From contig JAPETS010000005.1 of assembly GCA_026023565.1 (NCBI GenBank), positions 496,001 to 560,000 on the forward strand: a stretch of DNA of 64,000 nucleotides, read 5' to 3'. This stretch comes from Cirrosporium novae-zelandiae. Taxonomy: Eukaryota. The notes under the pieces were generated by a model. It was not told the origin of the DNA, searched no databases, and saw only the letters and a list, made by a program, of their open reading frames with translations. Below are positions 62,410-64,000 of the stretch, one piece after another. A program made the translations under genes and the position numbers. Position 1 is the first letter of the stretch. The number at the start of each line of letters is the position of its first letter.

Positions 62410-63436
62410 TGAACGGGTAATTTTAGAAAGATAATTTTGCAATGTCTCTGTATAGGAAAATGGGATGATAACTTTGGTGGATGCAGCTTTTGGACGTTTG
62501 GTGTCTCTAATAGAAAAAAATTCCAAGATCTGGATAGTAATGTACAAAGTAGGTGGGGTTTTCAATTGACAGTAAGTAAGCTGGGTTGGAAAGAATCTAG
62601 CAGGACTAGATTATATAGACTGTTACAGTCCTCAGTGAAATCAACCTTCACAGAGCCGGCTGGTAATATTGGAAGGATTAAGATGCAAAGGATTTTGCCA
62701 TGGAGGTATCAGGATTGTAATCAAGGGGTAAGATTGATTGGTTTGCATCCTGAACCTCAAGAGAATATCAAACATATTTCTCAAGACTTCAGCTGGTATG
62801 GAGGATACTTTGGGGGCTGTCAGCCTATTGAACTCTGAGGGTAAGCGAGGCTTCACGGATATGCAGAGATTTGGATACGAAAACATAAACTAGACTTGAC
62901 CGATTTTTCTTTTGGCTGATTCGGATTTCGTTCAGTTCGCCTGCAGTTCCCTCGCCGTTACTTTCGAGATGTACCATATAAGAACTAAGGGTAAGGTAAG
63001 ACTAGACTAGGGCAACCAATATTGTTAACGGGATTGGCTTGTTCACTAGTCGGCTTCTTCAGCTTAAAGTGCCGAGGTGCCCTAGAAGTTAGATTAACCA
63101 AAAATGCATCCCTTTCGTCCTCCCTACATCCGGCTACTACTACAGTTCACAGCATATGCAACTACTTTAGGAACTAAAACCCTTGCCTTAGCTATAGGTT
63201 GATGCCTCTACTGAGTCGTGTTAGAGTAAATCAATGAAGTCAATCTGGTTTGAGGTATAGGTCATCATGTATTGGTTATCGAAGGCAATCACAATGAAGA
63301 TCAAAACAGCAACAATGACACTATTTATGGTTGCAGCAGAATCTTCTTTTGCTGGCCTATCTGTATTCTGTGTTGAGTATTAAAACTCTATTCTATAAAC
63401 CTCACAAGAAGAAATCAACTGGAGTAGCGCCATACC

Positions 63437-64000
63437 ATGTCTCTCCATAGTCTCTTTCCTCACCCTGACTATGCCGAAGAGCAACCCCTCCATCACACCA
63501 TTCTCACTTATCACGTCCTCCATCGGGGGTTCCAGGCCGGAGCTTTCATAGGCCTTCCGATTGGTATATGTCGGTCATATCGCAAAGCACGTGCAGCAGC
63601 ATCATGGTCATTGCCTACCCATGCCAAAAGCTCAACTGCACCCAAATGGTTGGAGCTTCCATATCTACGCTTCACACCTATATTTGTTCGCACTATCGGC
63701 TCGTCTTGTGTTGTCGGTACTGGCTTGATTATATTGGCACTTATTGGATGGATGTATGGCCGCGAGACCATTGAATGGAAAGATAGGAGTTGGAGGCTGC
63801 TAGCTAATGCCGGGCAAATGCGTGTGGATGATTGGAGTCTGGGTGGCATGGCGACTGCAGTAACTGCTACGGCAGCTATTAGCGGCAAGAATGACGTGAA
63901 GAAATTGGGATGGAAAGGCGGTATTGGTGTACTAGGACTTGGGACTGTGGGTGGTTTGGTCTTGATGGAGGTCTTTGGGAGCTTTCCTCAAGGCAAAAAG
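63437..64000 (+). CDS. Conserved fungal hypothetical membrane protein, 3' end outside window
   Basis: Open frame of 188 codons from ATG 63437 (MSLHSLFPHPDYAEEQP...HVLHRGFQAG...MYGRETIEWKDRSWRLLAN...) with Gly-rich hydrophobic segments; missed by the ORF track. Confidence 0.7.
   Translation, partial: MSLHSLFPHPDYAEEQPLHHTILTYHVLHRGFQAGAFIGLPIGICRSYRKARAAASWSLPTHAKSSTAPKWLELPYLRFTPIFVRTIGSSCVVGTGLIILALIGWMYGRETIEWKDRSWRLLANAGQMRVDDWSLGGMATAVTATAAISGKNDVKKLGWKGGIGVLGLGTVGGLVLMEVFGSFPQGKK

Noticed and set aside
63511..63888. Minus-strand 125-aa ORF
   Set aside because: Antisense to a longer, more protein-like plus-strand frame starting at 63437.

Overview
Eukaryotic DNA from a filamentous ascomycete (Pezizomycotina; short GT-AG and some GC-AG introns with CTAAC/CTGAC branch points). 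About 26 protein-coding loci. The left part is mostly conserved core genes: an HhH-GPD glycosylase running off the left edge, ade4, a RID/Masc1-type cytosine methyltransferase, CHS5, an Mpv17/PMP22 protein, an SGNH-like protein, a dienelactone hydrolase, a divergent SDR / glutamine-synthetase-like pair, a SET protein and a divergent methylisocitrate lyase / methylcitrate synthase pair. The right part looks accessory: a divergent GH115 / GH53 pair, an N-truncated GST, an amino-acid permease, a RING-H2 protein, a P5C reductase / Zn2Cys6 factor / P450 trio, an aspartyl-tRNA synthetase copy with two in-frame stops, two methyltransferases, a PTH11-like protein, an MFS transporter, a second P450 and a membrane protein running off the right edge. 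Most notable: (1) the GS-like/SDR pair resembles the actinobacterial GlnA4 gamma-glutamylation pathway; (2) the AspRS has two nonsense codons but keeps its introns and a CpcA site; (3) the P5CR-TF-P450 mini-cluster depends on GC-AG introns; (4) a palindrome TACCTAGGTA recurs in intergenic DNA. No rRNA, tRNA, CRISPR array or intact transposon was recognised. All family calls come from motif recognition by eye; no database search was run.
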